DNA of 64,000 nt from Candidatus Uhrbacteria bacterium. GTDB taxonomy: Bacteria; Patescibacteriota; Patescibacteriia; UBA9934; GWF2-40-263. The translations under genes were made by a program, and so were the position numbers. Where the stretch lies: contig JAERTI010000043.1 of the NCBI GenBank assembly GCA_016844925.1, forward strand, positions 197,110 to 261,109. Direction: 5' to 3'. Within the stretch, counting starts at the first letter, position 1; every line of letters starts with the position of its first letter. Below, piece after piece: positions 27,785 through 37,584 of the stretch. Under the pieces are notes generated by a model. The model had not been told where the DNA came from, ran no database searches, and saw only the letters and a list, made by a program, of their open reading frames with translations.

Positions 27785-30166
27785 ATGCCTTACGACCATC
27801 AATCGATTGAAAAAAAGTGGCAAGAAGTCTGGGAGAAATCTCAGGAAGGGCGCGTGGACGATTCAGGGACCGACGCGCTTTATTATTTGATCATGTTCCC
27901 GTACCCCTCTGGGGCGGGGTTGCACGTGGGTCACGTTGAGTCGTACTCAGCGGTAGACATCGTTTCGCGCATGGAGCGCATGCGTGGCAAGAAGGTGTTG
28001 TTCCCCATCGGGTATGACGCATTTGGTTTGCCAGCGGAGAACTACGCGATCAAGACCGGTGTGCATCCGGCGCAGACAACGCAGACAGCGATCAATACAT
28101 TCCGCAAACAGCTCAAGTCCATCGGACTGTCATTCGACTGGGATCGAGAGATCTCCACGGCGGATCCGTCATACTACAAATGGACCCAGTGGCTGTTTTT
28201 GTTGTTTTACAAAAATGGACTTGCCTACCGAGCCAAGTCTCCGGTGAACTGGTGCACGGGGTGTAATACCGTGCTTGCGAATGAGCAGGTTGTTGATGGT
28301 GTTTGTGAGCGTTGTAAGAATGAAGTGATTCAGAAAGAGCTCGAGCAGTGGTTCTTTAAGATTACGGACTATGCCGAGCGGCTCTTAGCAGGTCTTGATA
28401 CGGTCGACTGGCCAGAGAAGATCAAAGCCATGCAACGCAACTGGATCGGAAAGAGCGTTGGAGCAACGGTCGACTTTCAGCTCGATGGACGCGACGATAA
28501 GGTAACGGTATTCACCACTCGACCTGACACCCTCTACGGCGCTACCTACATGGTGCTCGCTCCTGAGCACGCGCTCGTCGAACAAATCGTTACAGACGAC
28601 CAGCGCGCCGAGGTGGAAGCGTATCGCGTTGCAGCAGGGAAGAAGTCCGCGCTGGAGCGCACCGAGCTGCAGAAAGAAAAGTCAGGTGTGTTCACCGGGG
28701 CGTACGCCATCAACCCTGTAAACGATGAGAAGATCCCTGTCTGGGTGGCAGATTACGTGATGGTTACCTACGGCACAGGTGCAATTATGGCCGTGCCAGC
28801 ACACGATGAACGTGATCATGAGTTTGCGGTGAAGTATGATATTTCGATTAAGGAAGTTGTTCAGGCTCCTGAGGAGGTCGAAGGATGTTTTACTGGTGAA
28901 GGTGTGGCGATTAACTCTGGAATCCTCGACGGACTCAGCACAGTCGATGCGAAGGCAAAAATGATCGAGCACCTCGAACAGAATGGAATCGGAGGGGCGA
29001 AGACTACCTACCGCATCCGTGACTGGCTTGTTTCTCGTCAGCGTTACTGGGGGGCACCGATTCCGATTATTTGGTGTGAGAGTTGTGGTCCACAAGCCGC
29101 CCCTGAGGAGCAGCTGCCTGTGCAGCTGCCTGACGATGTGGACTTTAAGCCAACAGGAGAGTCGCCATTGGTTGGTTCTAAGACCTTCCATGAGGTCACT
29201 TGTCCTGCATGTAGTGCACCTGCTCGCCGGGAGTCTGACACGATGGACACCTTCGTGGACTCCTCATGGTACTACTTGCGCTACTGCGACCCGCACAATG
29301 ATGAAGCGTTTGCTGCACGTGAGAAGCTTGATCACTGGTGTCCTGTCGATCTCTACGTTGGTGGAGCAGAGCACGCAGTGATGCACTTGCTGTACGCACG
29401 ATTCTTTTCTTATGCACTTCATGATCTTGGATACGTCGGCTATGAGGAGCCGTTCATGAAGCTGCGCAACCAAGGTCTTATCCTCGGGCCAGATGGTGAC
29501 AAGATGAGTAAGTCCAAGGGGAACGTGGTGAATCCTGATGAGGTGGTGAGTCAGTACGGCGCCGATGCGATTCGGTTGTACGAGATGTTCCTTGGGCCAC
29601 TGGAAGACGCTAAGCCGTGGGACACCAAGGGTGTTGTGGGAGTACGTCGGTTTCTGGAAAAAGTTTGGAAGTTGCAGAACAAGCTCGGCGAGGCACCTGT
29701 CGAGGGGCTCGAGACTCAATTGCACAAGACGATTAAGAAAGTCACGAGTGACTTTGAGGAGCTTCGGTTTAACACGGCGATTGCTAAGCTCATGGAGCTG
29801 ACGAATGCTATGACCGCTACTGAGAGTGTTGGCCGCGATCAGTACAAGATTCTCGTGCAACTCCTCGCACCACTTGCTCCGCACCTTGGTGAGGAGCTGT
29901 GGCAGGTGTTGGGTCATGAGGGGTCTGTCTTTGCATCAACTTGGCCAACGTACGATGAGAGCAAGACCGTCGATGATGTGATTCGAATGGCCGTGCAGGT
30001 GAATGGAAAAGTTCGTGGTTCACTCATGGTGGCTCCAGACGCTGCAGAGGATGCTGTGCTCACCGCCGCGCGTGCTGATGAGAACGTGGCAAAGCACCTT
30101 GAGGGCAAGGAGACGGTAAAGGTGATTTACGTTGCCGGAAGGATTTTGAATATTGTGGTGAAATAG
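27785..30166 (+). CDS. leuS: Leucine--tRNA ligase
   Basis: MFPYPSG.GLHVGH, SRQRYWG.PIP, KMSKS. Confidence 0.98.
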   Translation: MPYDHQSIEKKWQEVWEKSQEGRVDDSGTDALYYLIMFPYPSGAGLHVGHVESYSAVDIVSRMERMRGKKVLFPIGYDAFGLPAENYAIKTGVHPAQTTQTAINTFRKQLKSIGLSFDWDREISTADPSYYKWTQWLFLLFYKNGLAYRAKSPVNWCTGCNTVLANEQVVDGVCERCKNEVIQKELEQWFFKITDYAERLLAGLDTVDWPEKIKAMQRNWIGKSVGATVDFQLDGRDDKVTVFTTRPDTLYGATYMVLAPEHALVEQIVTDDQRAEVEAYRVAAGKKSALERTELQKEKSGVFTGAYAINPVNDEKIPVWVADYVMVTYGTGAIMAVPAHDERDHEFAVKYDISIKEVVQAPEEVEGCFTGEGVAINSGILDGLSTVDAKAKMIEHLEQNGIGGAKTTYRIRDWLVSRQRYWGAPIPIIWCESCGPQAAPEEQLPVQLPDDVDFKPTGESPLVGSKTFHEVTCPACSAPARRESDTMDTFVDSSWYYLRYCDPHNDEAFAAREKLDHWCPVDLYVGGAEHAVMHLLYARFFSYALHDLGYVGYEEPFMKLRNQGLILGPDGDKMSKSKGNVVNPDEVVSQYGADAIRLYEMFLGPLEDAKPWDTKGVVGVRRFLEKVWKLQNKLGEAPVEGLETQLHKTIKKVTSDFEELRFNTAIAKLMELTNAMTATESVGRDQYKILVQLLAPLAPHLGEELWQVLGHEGSVFASTWPTYDESKTVDDVIRMAVQVNGKVRGSLMVAPDAAEDAVLTAARADENVAKHLEGKETVKVIYVAGRILNIVVK

Positions 30167-30168
30167 TT

Positions 30169-30735
30169 ATGGAAGGTGTTCCCAAGGATGCAAAGAAGGT
30201 TTTTGGTGGCGTGCTTTTTGATGTCTATCAGTGGGATCAGGAGATGTACGATGGCAGCATGGCTGTATTCGAGCGGCTCAATCGGCCAAATACTGTAGAG
30301 ACCGTTCTTGTGACGCCAGAGAATAAGATCATCATTGAACGACAGCGACAGCCGGATAGGGAAGACTGGTTTCTCTCTAGTGTTGGTGGAAGGATTGATG
30401 AGGGAGAAGATCCACTTGTGGCTGCCAAGCGAGAAGTGTTAGAGGAATCTGGATATGAATCAGACGATTGGGAGCTTCTCCATGTCTGGCGTCCGACGAG
30501 TAAGATTCTTTGGGACGATTATGTGTATGTGGCTCGTGGAGCACAAAAGGTTCAGGAGCAGGAGCTCGATGGGGGCGAACAGATTGAGCTTATGGAGGTG
30601 AGTTTTGATGAGCTGCTCGATTTGATTGATTCCAGGGAGCTCTCGGGATTCTCACAGATCTTTCGTGAGATGTGCATCCGTGCAAAGTACGATAAGCCTA
30701 GCTATGAAGACTTAAAGAAAACGATTCTTGGATAA
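30169..30735 (+). CDS. NUDIX hydrolase
   Basis: GGRIDEGE.PL.AAKREVLEESG Nudix box. Confidence 0.9.
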   Translation: MEGVPKDAKKVFGGVLFDVYQWDQEMYDGSMAVFERLNRPNTVETVLVTPENKIIIERQRQPDREDWFLSSVGGRIDEGEDPLVAAKREVLEESGYESDDWELLHVWRPTSKILWDDYVYVARGAQKVQEQELDGGEQIELMEVSFDELLDLIDSRELSGFSQIFREMCIRAKYDKPSYEDLKKTILG

Positions 30736-30780
30736 GAAGAACTGCCCGTACGGGCGGTTTTTTGTTTGGGAATGTAAAAA

Positions 30781-30825
30781 CCCATCGCTTGAGTGAGACG
30801 TCGTGTGTCTCGCTGTTGCGATGGG
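30781..30825. repeat. Long hairpin, homologous to 31678..31729 (probable terminator)
   Basis: CCCATCGC..GAGAC..GTCTC..GCGATGGG. Confidence 0.55.
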
Positions 30826-30832
30826 GTGCGTC

Positions 30833-31576
30833 CTAGCCGGCCTTCTCCTGGGGGAGTTCGGTCTTGTAGAGGACCTTGCCGGTCAGGGGGTTGCAGACGG
30901 TGCCGTCGTCGATGGCGCCGTAGCTCCAGAACGGGTCGTTCGGGTCGTCGCCGCGAGCGCCGTAGTTCCAGAAGTGGATGTTGTCTCCGCGCTGGACCGT
31001 GAACTGGTCCTTGCGGGTCCGCGCGCGAGCGACGCCGGACTGGACGTTCTCGGGCAGGGCCATGCCGGGGCGGATGTTGAGCAGCGCGATGAGCAGGTCA
31101 CCGCGGCTGGTACGCGCCCTCCCGATCAGGGTGACCTTGCGGGTCATGGGCGCGGGAGCGTTGGTGACCACGGGAGCGCGCAGGGCGGCGTGGAGCTCGG
31201 TCATGCGGCTGATGAGCGGCTTGGCCAGGTCCAGCTCGCCGGTCACCAGCGTGCGGCCCTCGTGCCACCGCAGCTCGGCGGAGGGGTCTCCGTCGCGCAG
31301 GGCGATGGTGGTCCAGCCGATCAGGTCCGAGTGCTCGATCTCCAGGGCGAACACCTTGCCCTTGTTCTCGGTCGCGATGCGCTGGAGCGGCTTGAGGACC
31401 ACGTCCTTGAACCACTTGCTGTCCAGCAGCTCCGGGAGGGTCATCCAGCGAGCGAACATGCCCGCGACGGGCTTGCCGGCCTGCTTGAACCCCCTCTCGT
31501 TGATCATTCGCTTGTGGGACATCTCGACCGTGACGATGATGTCCTTTCCTCCGGCGGTGAACACGCGCGGCTTCAT
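30833..31576 (-). CDS. Hypothetical protein, high GC
   Basis: Strong GC3 bias on the minus frame; AGGAG SD. Confidence 0.7.
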   Translation of the reverse strand: MKPRVFTAGGKDIIVTVEMSHKRMINERGFKQAGKPVAGMFARWMTLPELLDSKWFKDVVLKPLQRIATENKGKVFALEIEHSDLIGWTTIALRDGDPSAELRWHEGRTLVTGELDLAKPLISRMTELHAALRAPVVTNAPAPMTRKVTLIGRARTSRGDLLIALLNIRPGMALPENVQSGVARARTRKDQFTVQRGDNIHFWNYGARGDDPNDPFWSYGAIDDGTVCNPLTGKVLYKTELPQEKAG

Positions 31577-31677
31577 CTGCTAACTCCTGTCAGGGTACAT
31601 GTCACAGGCGGAGCGCATCTCGGCCCATGAACGCAGCAGAATAGCAGAATGAGTGGAAATGTCAATGGAAAAGAAGA

Positions 31678-31729
31678 GACCCATCGCACGCGATGAGACT
31701 CTTCTTGTCTCGTCGACGTGCGATGGGTC
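31678..31729. repeat. Long hairpin, homologous to 30781..30825 (probable terminator)
   Basis: GACCCATCGCACG..GAGAC..GTCTC..CGTGCGATGGGTC; pyrimidine tract on the minus strand. Confidence 0.55.
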
Positions 31730-31752
31730 GCGTTAGGGGTTGGTTGTGGCCT

Positions 31753-32469
31753 CTACTTGAGGCCCATGGAGCTGGTGCGGGTGGTCCACTCGCCGATCTC
31801 GTAGACGCGGTACTCCATCAGGCGGGCGTTCCACTGCGCGCACTGGGTGGAGTTCAGCTCCGCCGAGAGGTTGCCCTCGCAGGAGAACTGGAGCGGGATC
31901 TTGTGGTTCGACTCCGCACCCTCAACCCAGAACAGCGCGACCTCCACCTTCACAGCTTCGCCGGAGAGTCCGGTGATGCTGAGGTTGGTGACGTTCGTGC
32001 TGAAGCTGGAGAACATGCCATCCTCCACGACCATCGTCTCCTGGCCGTCCACGTAGTGGACGCTGTCGAGACCGTTCACACGAATGGCGATCCGCGTCGC
32101 CTCCTTGCTCGGGAGGCCGTAGTGGAACCAGCGGATGTCGCCGAAGTCGAGCGTCTGCGACCCTTGCCCCATGTCGATGGTGAGGGGCTTGTAGGGCTTG
32201 GTCATCGGGCCGCGCGCGAACTCGGGCCAGTTCACGTCGTGGTTCTTGACCGTGACCGCGGACTGGTCGTCGTTGAACAGGTCGACGCGCACCACGCCGC
32301 GCATCTCGTCGCAGATGCGACCGAAGTTCATCTCGGCCGTGACCGCGGGGTCGATGCAGTACTGGTTGTAGGCGTTCTGCGGGTTCTGCACCGCCGGTCC
32401 TCGGTCGTAGCCACCCGCGAGGGCGACGCTGGAAACGAGGATGGCGATCAAGCTGCTGATGTAGCGCAT
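31753..32469 (-). CDS. Secreted hypothetical protein
   Basis: Signal peptide MRYISSLIAILVSSVALA; four Cys; high GC3. Confidence 0.7.
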   Translation of the reverse strand: MRYISSLIAILVSSVALAGGYDRGPAVQNPQNAYNQYCIDPAVTAEMNFGRICDEMRGVVRVDLFNDDQSAVTVKNHDVNWPEFARGPMTKPYKPLTIDMGQGSQTLDFGDIRWFHYGLPSKEATRIAIRVNGLDSVHYVDGQETMVVEDGMFSSFSTNVTNLSITGLSGEAVKVEVALFWVEGAESNHKIPLQFSCEGNLSAELNSTQCAQWNARLMEYRVYEIGEWTTRTSSMGLK

Positions 32470-32712
32470 GGAGTCCTCCGATGTGCGCAGTGAAACGATG
32501 GGCTTGAGGAGTTGTCCCTCATGAAAAATCCCGTAAAACAGACATTCGTGGAAAATCGCTGCTTAACGGGACCCTCCTTACTGTGAATTATGACAGAAAA
32601 AGATAGCATAAAATAGGTGTTTTGTCAATAGAATTAGGTAAAAAAACCCATAAAAAGTGGGTATAAAAAGCGTCTTTATTATTGCTTCGTTCTCTGTTAA
32701 ACTCTCTTCACT

Positions 32713-34038
32713 ATGAATCTTGTCATGATTGGAACAGGCTATGTGGGCCTGACGACCGGGGTCGGATTTGCGAGTCTCGGACACAATGTTGCGTGCGTTG
32801 ATGTCAACGCAGAAAAGATTGCCCAGCTTGATATGGGGAAGGTGCCGTTCTATGAGCCGGGCGTTCAGGACGCTCTGACCATGGTTCAAGAGCAGGGAAA
32901 GATTGTGTTCACCACGGACCTGAAAAGCGTCATTGGTGGTGCGGACATCATCATGCTTGCTGTGGGGACGCCATCGACACGAACTGGTGAGGCGAACCTT
33001 GAATATTTATTCTCTGCCGCAGAACAGGTTGGATCGCTCTTGGATCACGAGGCAGTGATTGTGACCAAGTCGACCGTTCCCGTTGGAACAAACCGTCTTG
33101 TTCTTGAGAAGGTGCGTAAGGGGATGTCAGAGGCTGGTCGCGCAGAGCTCACGAGTCTCATCAACATCGTTTCTCTCCCAGAGTTTCTCCGAGAGGGAAC
33201 AGCCTTTGAAGATTTTCACAACCCAGACCGTGTCGTGATTGGTGCGGACGATGAGATTGCGGCACAGACCGTTGCCAAGCTCCATGAGGGTCTTGATGCC
33301 CCTCATGTCATTACAAAACTCGAGTCTGCAGAGCTCATCAAGTACGCAGCTAATGCTTTGCTCGCTACTAAGATTAGCTTCATCAACGAGATCGCCAACC
33401 TGGCTGAGCGCGTCGGAGCGGATGTACGTGATGTGGCAGAGGGGATTGGGCTTGATAAGCGCATCGGACCGCACTTTCTGCGTGCCGGTGTAGGCTATGG
33501 CGGTTCTTGTTTTCCAAAGGACGTGAGTGCGCTTGCACAGCTCGGTGGGGCTAAGGGGTATACCTTTAAGCTTCTCTCCAGTGTGATCGAGGTAAACAAT
33601 CGCCAACGAGAAATTTTCTTTAAACGTATTTTGGACGAGCTCGGTGGTGTGAAGGGGCGCCGTATCGCCGTCTGGGGGCTGGCGTTCAAGCCGGACACGG
33701 ATGATATTCGTGAGAGCGCTGGTGTTGATATCGCGCAGCGTCTACATGCCCATGGTGCAGACTTAGCGGTGTATGATCCGCAGGCCATGAACAACACACG
33801 GCGTGTGCTCTCCGATCACGTTGAGTTCACTACCACAGCCATGGATGCAGCGCGCGGGGCTGAGGCACTCATTGTGCTGACAGAGTGGCCGGAGTTTAAG
33901 GAGGTGTCGTTTGAGATGTTGCGAGAGAATATGGTTGGTCAGCATATTTTTGACGGACGAAATCATTTCGCGGATATGGATCTGCATAAGAGAGGGTTCT
34001 GTTACCAGGGGGTCGGACTTGGAACTTGTGCGAGTTAA
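32713..34038 (+). CDS. ugd: UDP-glucose/GDP-mannose dehydrogenase
   Basis: GTGYVG, KSTVP, PEFLREG, GYGGSCFPKD, GLAFKP.TDD.RES. Confidence 0.95.
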   Translation: MNLVMIGTGYVGLTTGVGFASLGHNVACVDVNAEKIAQLDMGKVPFYEPGVQDALTMVQEQGKIVFTTDLKSVIGGADIIMLAVGTPSTRTGEANLEYLFSAAEQVGSLLDHEAVIVTKSTVPVGTNRLVLEKVRKGMSEAGRAELTSLINIVSLPEFLREGTAFEDFHNPDRVVIGADDEIAAQTVAKLHEGLDAPHVITKLESAELIKYAANALLATKISFINEIANLAERVGADVRDVAEGIGLDKRIGPHFLRAGVGYGGSCFPKDVSALAQLGGAKGYTFKLLSSVIEVNNRQREIFFKRILDELGGVKGRRIAVWGLAFKPDTDDIRESAGVDIAQRLHAHGADLAVYDPQAMNNTRRVLSDHVEFTTTAMDAARGAEALIVLTEWPEFKEVSFEMLRENMVGQHIFDGRNHFADMDLHKRGFCYQGVGLGTCAS

Positions 34039-35506
34039 GACCATCATCAATTCACCATCAAAAACACTCGCCAGCGCTCTGGCGGTGTTTTGTTTTGGTA
34101 TAGCGTTGGGGCCATTGGTTCCTGCCACGTGGTGGGAGGGGCTTCTGGTGGCAACGATTGGTTCGATAGCCGTCGCAAGCTTTCTGAAGCGACGAGATCT
34201 TCGATTCATCTTTGTGCTCATGGCAGTCTTGTTCTTTGCCTTATTTCGTTTCACCCAAGCAAGCTTGCCTTCACATGTTTCAACGGTTGCCGATGCGCCG
34301 AGCTCTGAGATTCGTGTCTCAGGTGTGATCGATGCGGAGGTTGAGCGTCGCGTTGGGAAACAGCGGCTTGTACTCGATCAGGTTGCGCTTGCTGATGAGT
34401 CGCGTGCTGGTCGTCTGCTTGTGTGGGCGCCGCTGTATCCCGAATTACGTTACGGCGACGAGTTGGTGTTTAACTGTCGGGTAGAGGCACCAGAGCCCTT
34501 TGAGGGGTTTGCCTACGACCGTTTTCTTGCGAGCCAAGGAATTCTAGGTGTGTGTTACCGTCCAGCGTACATCGATGTTCAACCAAACGAATCGTTCTCT
34601 CTAGTTGGTAGCATTCTTTCATTCAAGCGCGCCGCGATTGATACGCTCGAGCAAATAACTCCCGAGCCCCACGCTTCGTTCCTGGCTGGTCTCATTTTTG
34701 GTGGAAGCTCCTCGCTCTCGCCTGAGCTCAAGGATGATTTTTCTACCACAGGTACCTCTCATATTCTTGCGGCCTCCGGATTCAACGTCTCGTTATTCTC
34801 GTTGATATTTCTAAGCTGGATTCTCTCAACGAGTCTTGGACGTCGTCGTGCGCTCATCCTAACGAGCGTTCTGATTGCTGCTTATGTTGTTATCGCCGGA
34901 GCTACACCTGCGGTCGTACGCGCTGGCCTGATGGGTGGGGTGGTGATCATCTCCCACACCGTGAACCGAAAACAATCGCTTCTCAATGTGATGCTGGCAG
35001 CGGCCGCGCTGATGCTCCTCATGAATCCGCTTATCTTGCACGCTGACGTCGGGTTCCAGCTTTCGTTTGTGGCAACGGCTGCGGTACTTGGTCTAACCAA
35101 GCCCATCGAGAAGCATCTTTCCTTTATTCCAAAACAGTTCGAACTCCGCACGTCTTTTGCTGCCTCACTGGCAGCGATCGTACTCACACTCCCGATCATG
35201 CTTTGGCACTTTGGCGGATTATCACTCATCGCGCCGCTGGCTAACCTGCTCGTCCTCCCGTTTGTTGTCTATGCCATGGGGGCAACGCTCATTGCTCTCG
35301 CGCTCTCACTCGTTTCTCTTCCTCTTGCAACCTGGATAGCTCTGCCTGCCTGGAGTCTTTCGTCCATTATGCTCTGGTTCATTGTTACGCTTGGTGCGGT
35401 TCCGCTGGCAGCGGTTGAATTTGCACACGCACGTCTTTTGGCATTCGTGCTCGCAGCGCTCTACTTCTTATTCTGGTTTCACAAGCGGTATGCGCGCGCC
35501 AGCTAA
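34028..35506 (+). CDS. comEC: ComEC/Rec2 competence protein (OB plus Competence domains)
   Basis: GTSHILAASGFN, VVRAGLMG, DVGFQLSF.AT. Confidence 0.9.
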   Translation: MRVKTIINSPSKTLASALAVFCFGIALGPLVPATWWEGLLVATIGSIAVASFLKRRDLRFIFVLMAVLFFALFRFTQASLPSHVSTVADAPSSEIRVSGVIDAEVERRVGKQRLVLDQVALADESRAGRLLVWAPLYPELRYGDELVFNCRVEAPEPFEGFAYDRFLASQGILGVCYRPAYIDVQPNESFSLVGSILSFKRAAIDTLEQITPEPHASFLAGLIFGGSSSLSPELKDDFSTTGTSHILAASGFNVSLFSLIFLSWILSTSLGRRRALILTSVLIAAYVVIAGATPAVVRAGLMGGVVIISHTVNRKQSLLNVMLAAAALMLLMNPLILHADVGFQLSFVATAAVLGLTKPIEKHLSFIPKQFELRTSFAASLAAIVLTLPIMLWHFGGLSLIAPLANLLVLPFVVYAMGATLIALALSLVSLPLATWIALPAWSLSSIMLWFIVTLGAVPLAAVEFAHARLLAFVLAALYFLFWFHKRYARAS

Positions 35507-36389
35507 GCCTCACTACGTCACGCGAAAGCGACTCAGAGAAGCGGCACTGGTTCTTGGGGCGATCCTCGTCTCTTTGGTACTTTGGTTTGTTTCCGTTGAT
35601 CCATCACTGCCCTGGGAGGATAAACCGCTGCGGATGTGGATGTTGGATGTTGGGCAAGGGGATGCCATCTTCTTTCAGCTTCCGACGGGCGAGGAGTTGC
35701 TTATCGATGGTGGGCGATCGAGTCAGGTGCTCTCAAAACTTAGTACCATTTTGCCGCCGTGGGACAGTCATCTCGACGCCCTGGTCTTAACACACACAGA
35801 CGCAGATCATGTCACGGGTTTGGTGAGTGTGCTCGAGGTATTTGATATAGATGTCCTTATGGATACGGGGCATGAGGGGCAGACAGCGGTCGCACAGCAA
35901 TGGAGCGAAGATCATGGTATTGCCAGACGTACGCTCAAGGCCGGGGATGTGCTTGAGTATGGTGAGGTAGTGATTCGAGTCTTGTGGCCAAGCGATGAGG
36001 GCTACGCATCGCTCGAAACAAACGAAAGAAACGACCTGTCCCTGGTGCTCCACGTGGTGTACGGAGAGACATCTCTGCTGCTCACGGGGGATGCAGAAGA
36101 GGCCGTGGAAGAGGTGCTCTCCGCGTTCGTTCCTGATGTGGATGTGCTCAAGGTGGGACACCATGGGTCACTGACATCCACGAGCTGGTCACTCCTTGAT
36201 ACGGCGCTTCCAGAGTACGCCCTCATCGGTGTTGGTGAAGATAATAGCTATGGCCATCCACATCCCATTATCCTTTCACGCTTATCGGAGGTTGGGGCAA
36301 CGGTATTTAGGACAGATCTAGATGGAACGATTCTCGTGGAGAGCTATGGAGACGAGCCAACGGTAGCCCCACATCCCTTGCCGTTCTAG
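35490..36389 (+). CDS. ComEC-type metallo-beta-lactamase nuclease, separate gene
   Basis: DVGQGDA, THTDADH, LTGD, KVGHHGS, YGHPH, RTD..G. Confidence 0.9.
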   Translation: MRAPAKPHYVTRKRLREAALVLGAILVSLVLWFVSVDPSLPWEDKPLRMWMLDVGQGDAIFFQLPTGEELLIDGGRSSQVLSKLSTILPPWDSHLDALVLTHTDADHVTGLVSVLEVFDIDVLMDTGHEGQTAVAQQWSEDHGIARRTLKAGDVLEYGEVVIRVLWPSDEGYASLETNERNDLSLVLHVVYGETSLLLTGDAEEAVEEVLSAFVPDVDVLKVGHHGSLTSTSWSLLDTALPEYALIGVGEDNSYGHPHPIILSRLSEVGATVFRTDLDGTILVESYGDEPTVAPHPLPF

Positions 36390-36433
36390 TTTAATCATGG
36401 TAGTTTTGGCGCAAAATAACGAAAGAATACATT

Positions 36434-36901
36434 ATGCCAGACACACAAAAGACCCTCGTTTTGCTTAAGCCAGATGCACTCCAGCGTGACTTGCTCGGTG
36501 ATATTGTCAGTCGCTTTGAGCGCAAGGGACTCAAGCTCGTTGGAATGAAGTTTATTCGTTTGAGCGATGAGATGCTCGATGAGCACTACGCCCATCTTTC
36601 CGACAAGCCATTCTTCGCGAGCTTGAAGCAGTTCATGATGCAGACTCCTGTGGTAGGAATGGTCCTTGAGGGATACGACGCTATCGGCGAGGTGCGAAAG
36701 ATTGTTGGTTCCACCAACCCACGTGAGGCTGACGCTGGAACCATCCGCGCAGACTTCTCCATGAACGTTCCATCTAACTTGATCCACGCATCTGATGGAG
36801 AAGAGGCAGCTGCCGCAGAGATCAAGCGTTTCTTCCAGGACGAAGAGCTCTTCCAGTACGAGAAGATCACTGATCGCTTCATCTTCGGTGAGGGAATCTA
36901 A
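36434..36901 (+). CDS. ndk: Nucleoside diphosphate kinase
   Basis: LKPDA, GTIRADF, N.IHASD. Confidence 0.96.
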   Translation: MPDTQKTLVLLKPDALQRDLLGDIVSRFERKGLKLVGMKFIRLSDEMLDEHYAHLSDKPFFASLKQFMMQTPVVGMVLEGYDAIGEVRKIVGSTNPREADAGTIRADFSMNVPSNLIHASDGEEAAAAEIKRFFQDEELFQYEKITDRFIFGEGI

Positions 36902-36904
36902 GCT

Positions 36905-37501
36905 ATGGGCGTAGAGGATGAGCGTCGGAGAGCTTGGGAGGCTCTGCAAGAGCAACGAGAAGTACTTCGTCAGTCTCTTTCAGAGAAGCTTCATGCATCC
37001 ATGGAACAACTTCTTGGTGAGCGTGTAGATATTCAACTCGATCCATCGAACCAAGAGTTGTTACCCGGCCTTGAGAAGGATTCGTTAAACGAAGAGCTTC
37101 TCACAGATATTCGTCAGTTTCTTGCCCTACTTCATGAGGATGGCTCATGGCAGGATCGAAAGAGCCAGGAGATAGAAGTTGAACACTTTCTTCAGCGTTC
37201 AGTTTTCGGTCAAGAAAATCCTGTTTGGGGTGCACGTGCTGAGTTTTCAGGAAACGACAAATATGGACTCACATTGGGTCTTGGGGATGTGGAATTGAGC
37301 CGGCTTTCCATGGAGCAGATTGTTCGAGAAGAAGCGCAGCTTGATGAGACGTGGTACGTGACACTTTATGGTGTCTATGTGCAGTCGCGACCTGAGAAGA
37401 TGGAAGATCTTGCTAAGAAGATTGCTCAGGCGGGCTTGCCACTTGATCCATGGATCCAGATCTGGTTGAAAGATCGACTCAAAGAACAAAAGACAACATA
37501 G
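36905..37501 (+). CDS. Hypothetical acidic protein
   Basis: 198-aa ORF starting 4 nt after ndk; no motif recognised. Confidence 0.65.
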   Translation: MGVEDERRRAWEALQEQREVLRQSLSEKLHASMEQLLGERVDIQLDPSNQELLPGLEKDSLNEELLTDIRQFLALLHEDGSWQDRKSQEIEVEHFLQRSVFGQENPVWGARAEFSGNDKYGLTLGLGDVELSRLSMEQIVREEAQLDETWYVTLYGVYVQSRPEKMEDLAKKIAQAGLPLDPWIQIWLKDRLKEQKTT

Positions 37502-37584
37502 AAAAAACAGGGCTTGACCCTGTTTTTTTGTTGGAGTAGGTTTTGATCTTGCACAGGAATGGTTCCTGGGCAAAAAGGAGGACT

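Noticed and set aside
34028-36389. ComEC split as a frameshifted pseudogene
   Set aside because: The second ORF has its own start and TM anchor with intact motifs; a two-gene arrangement is a known natural architecture
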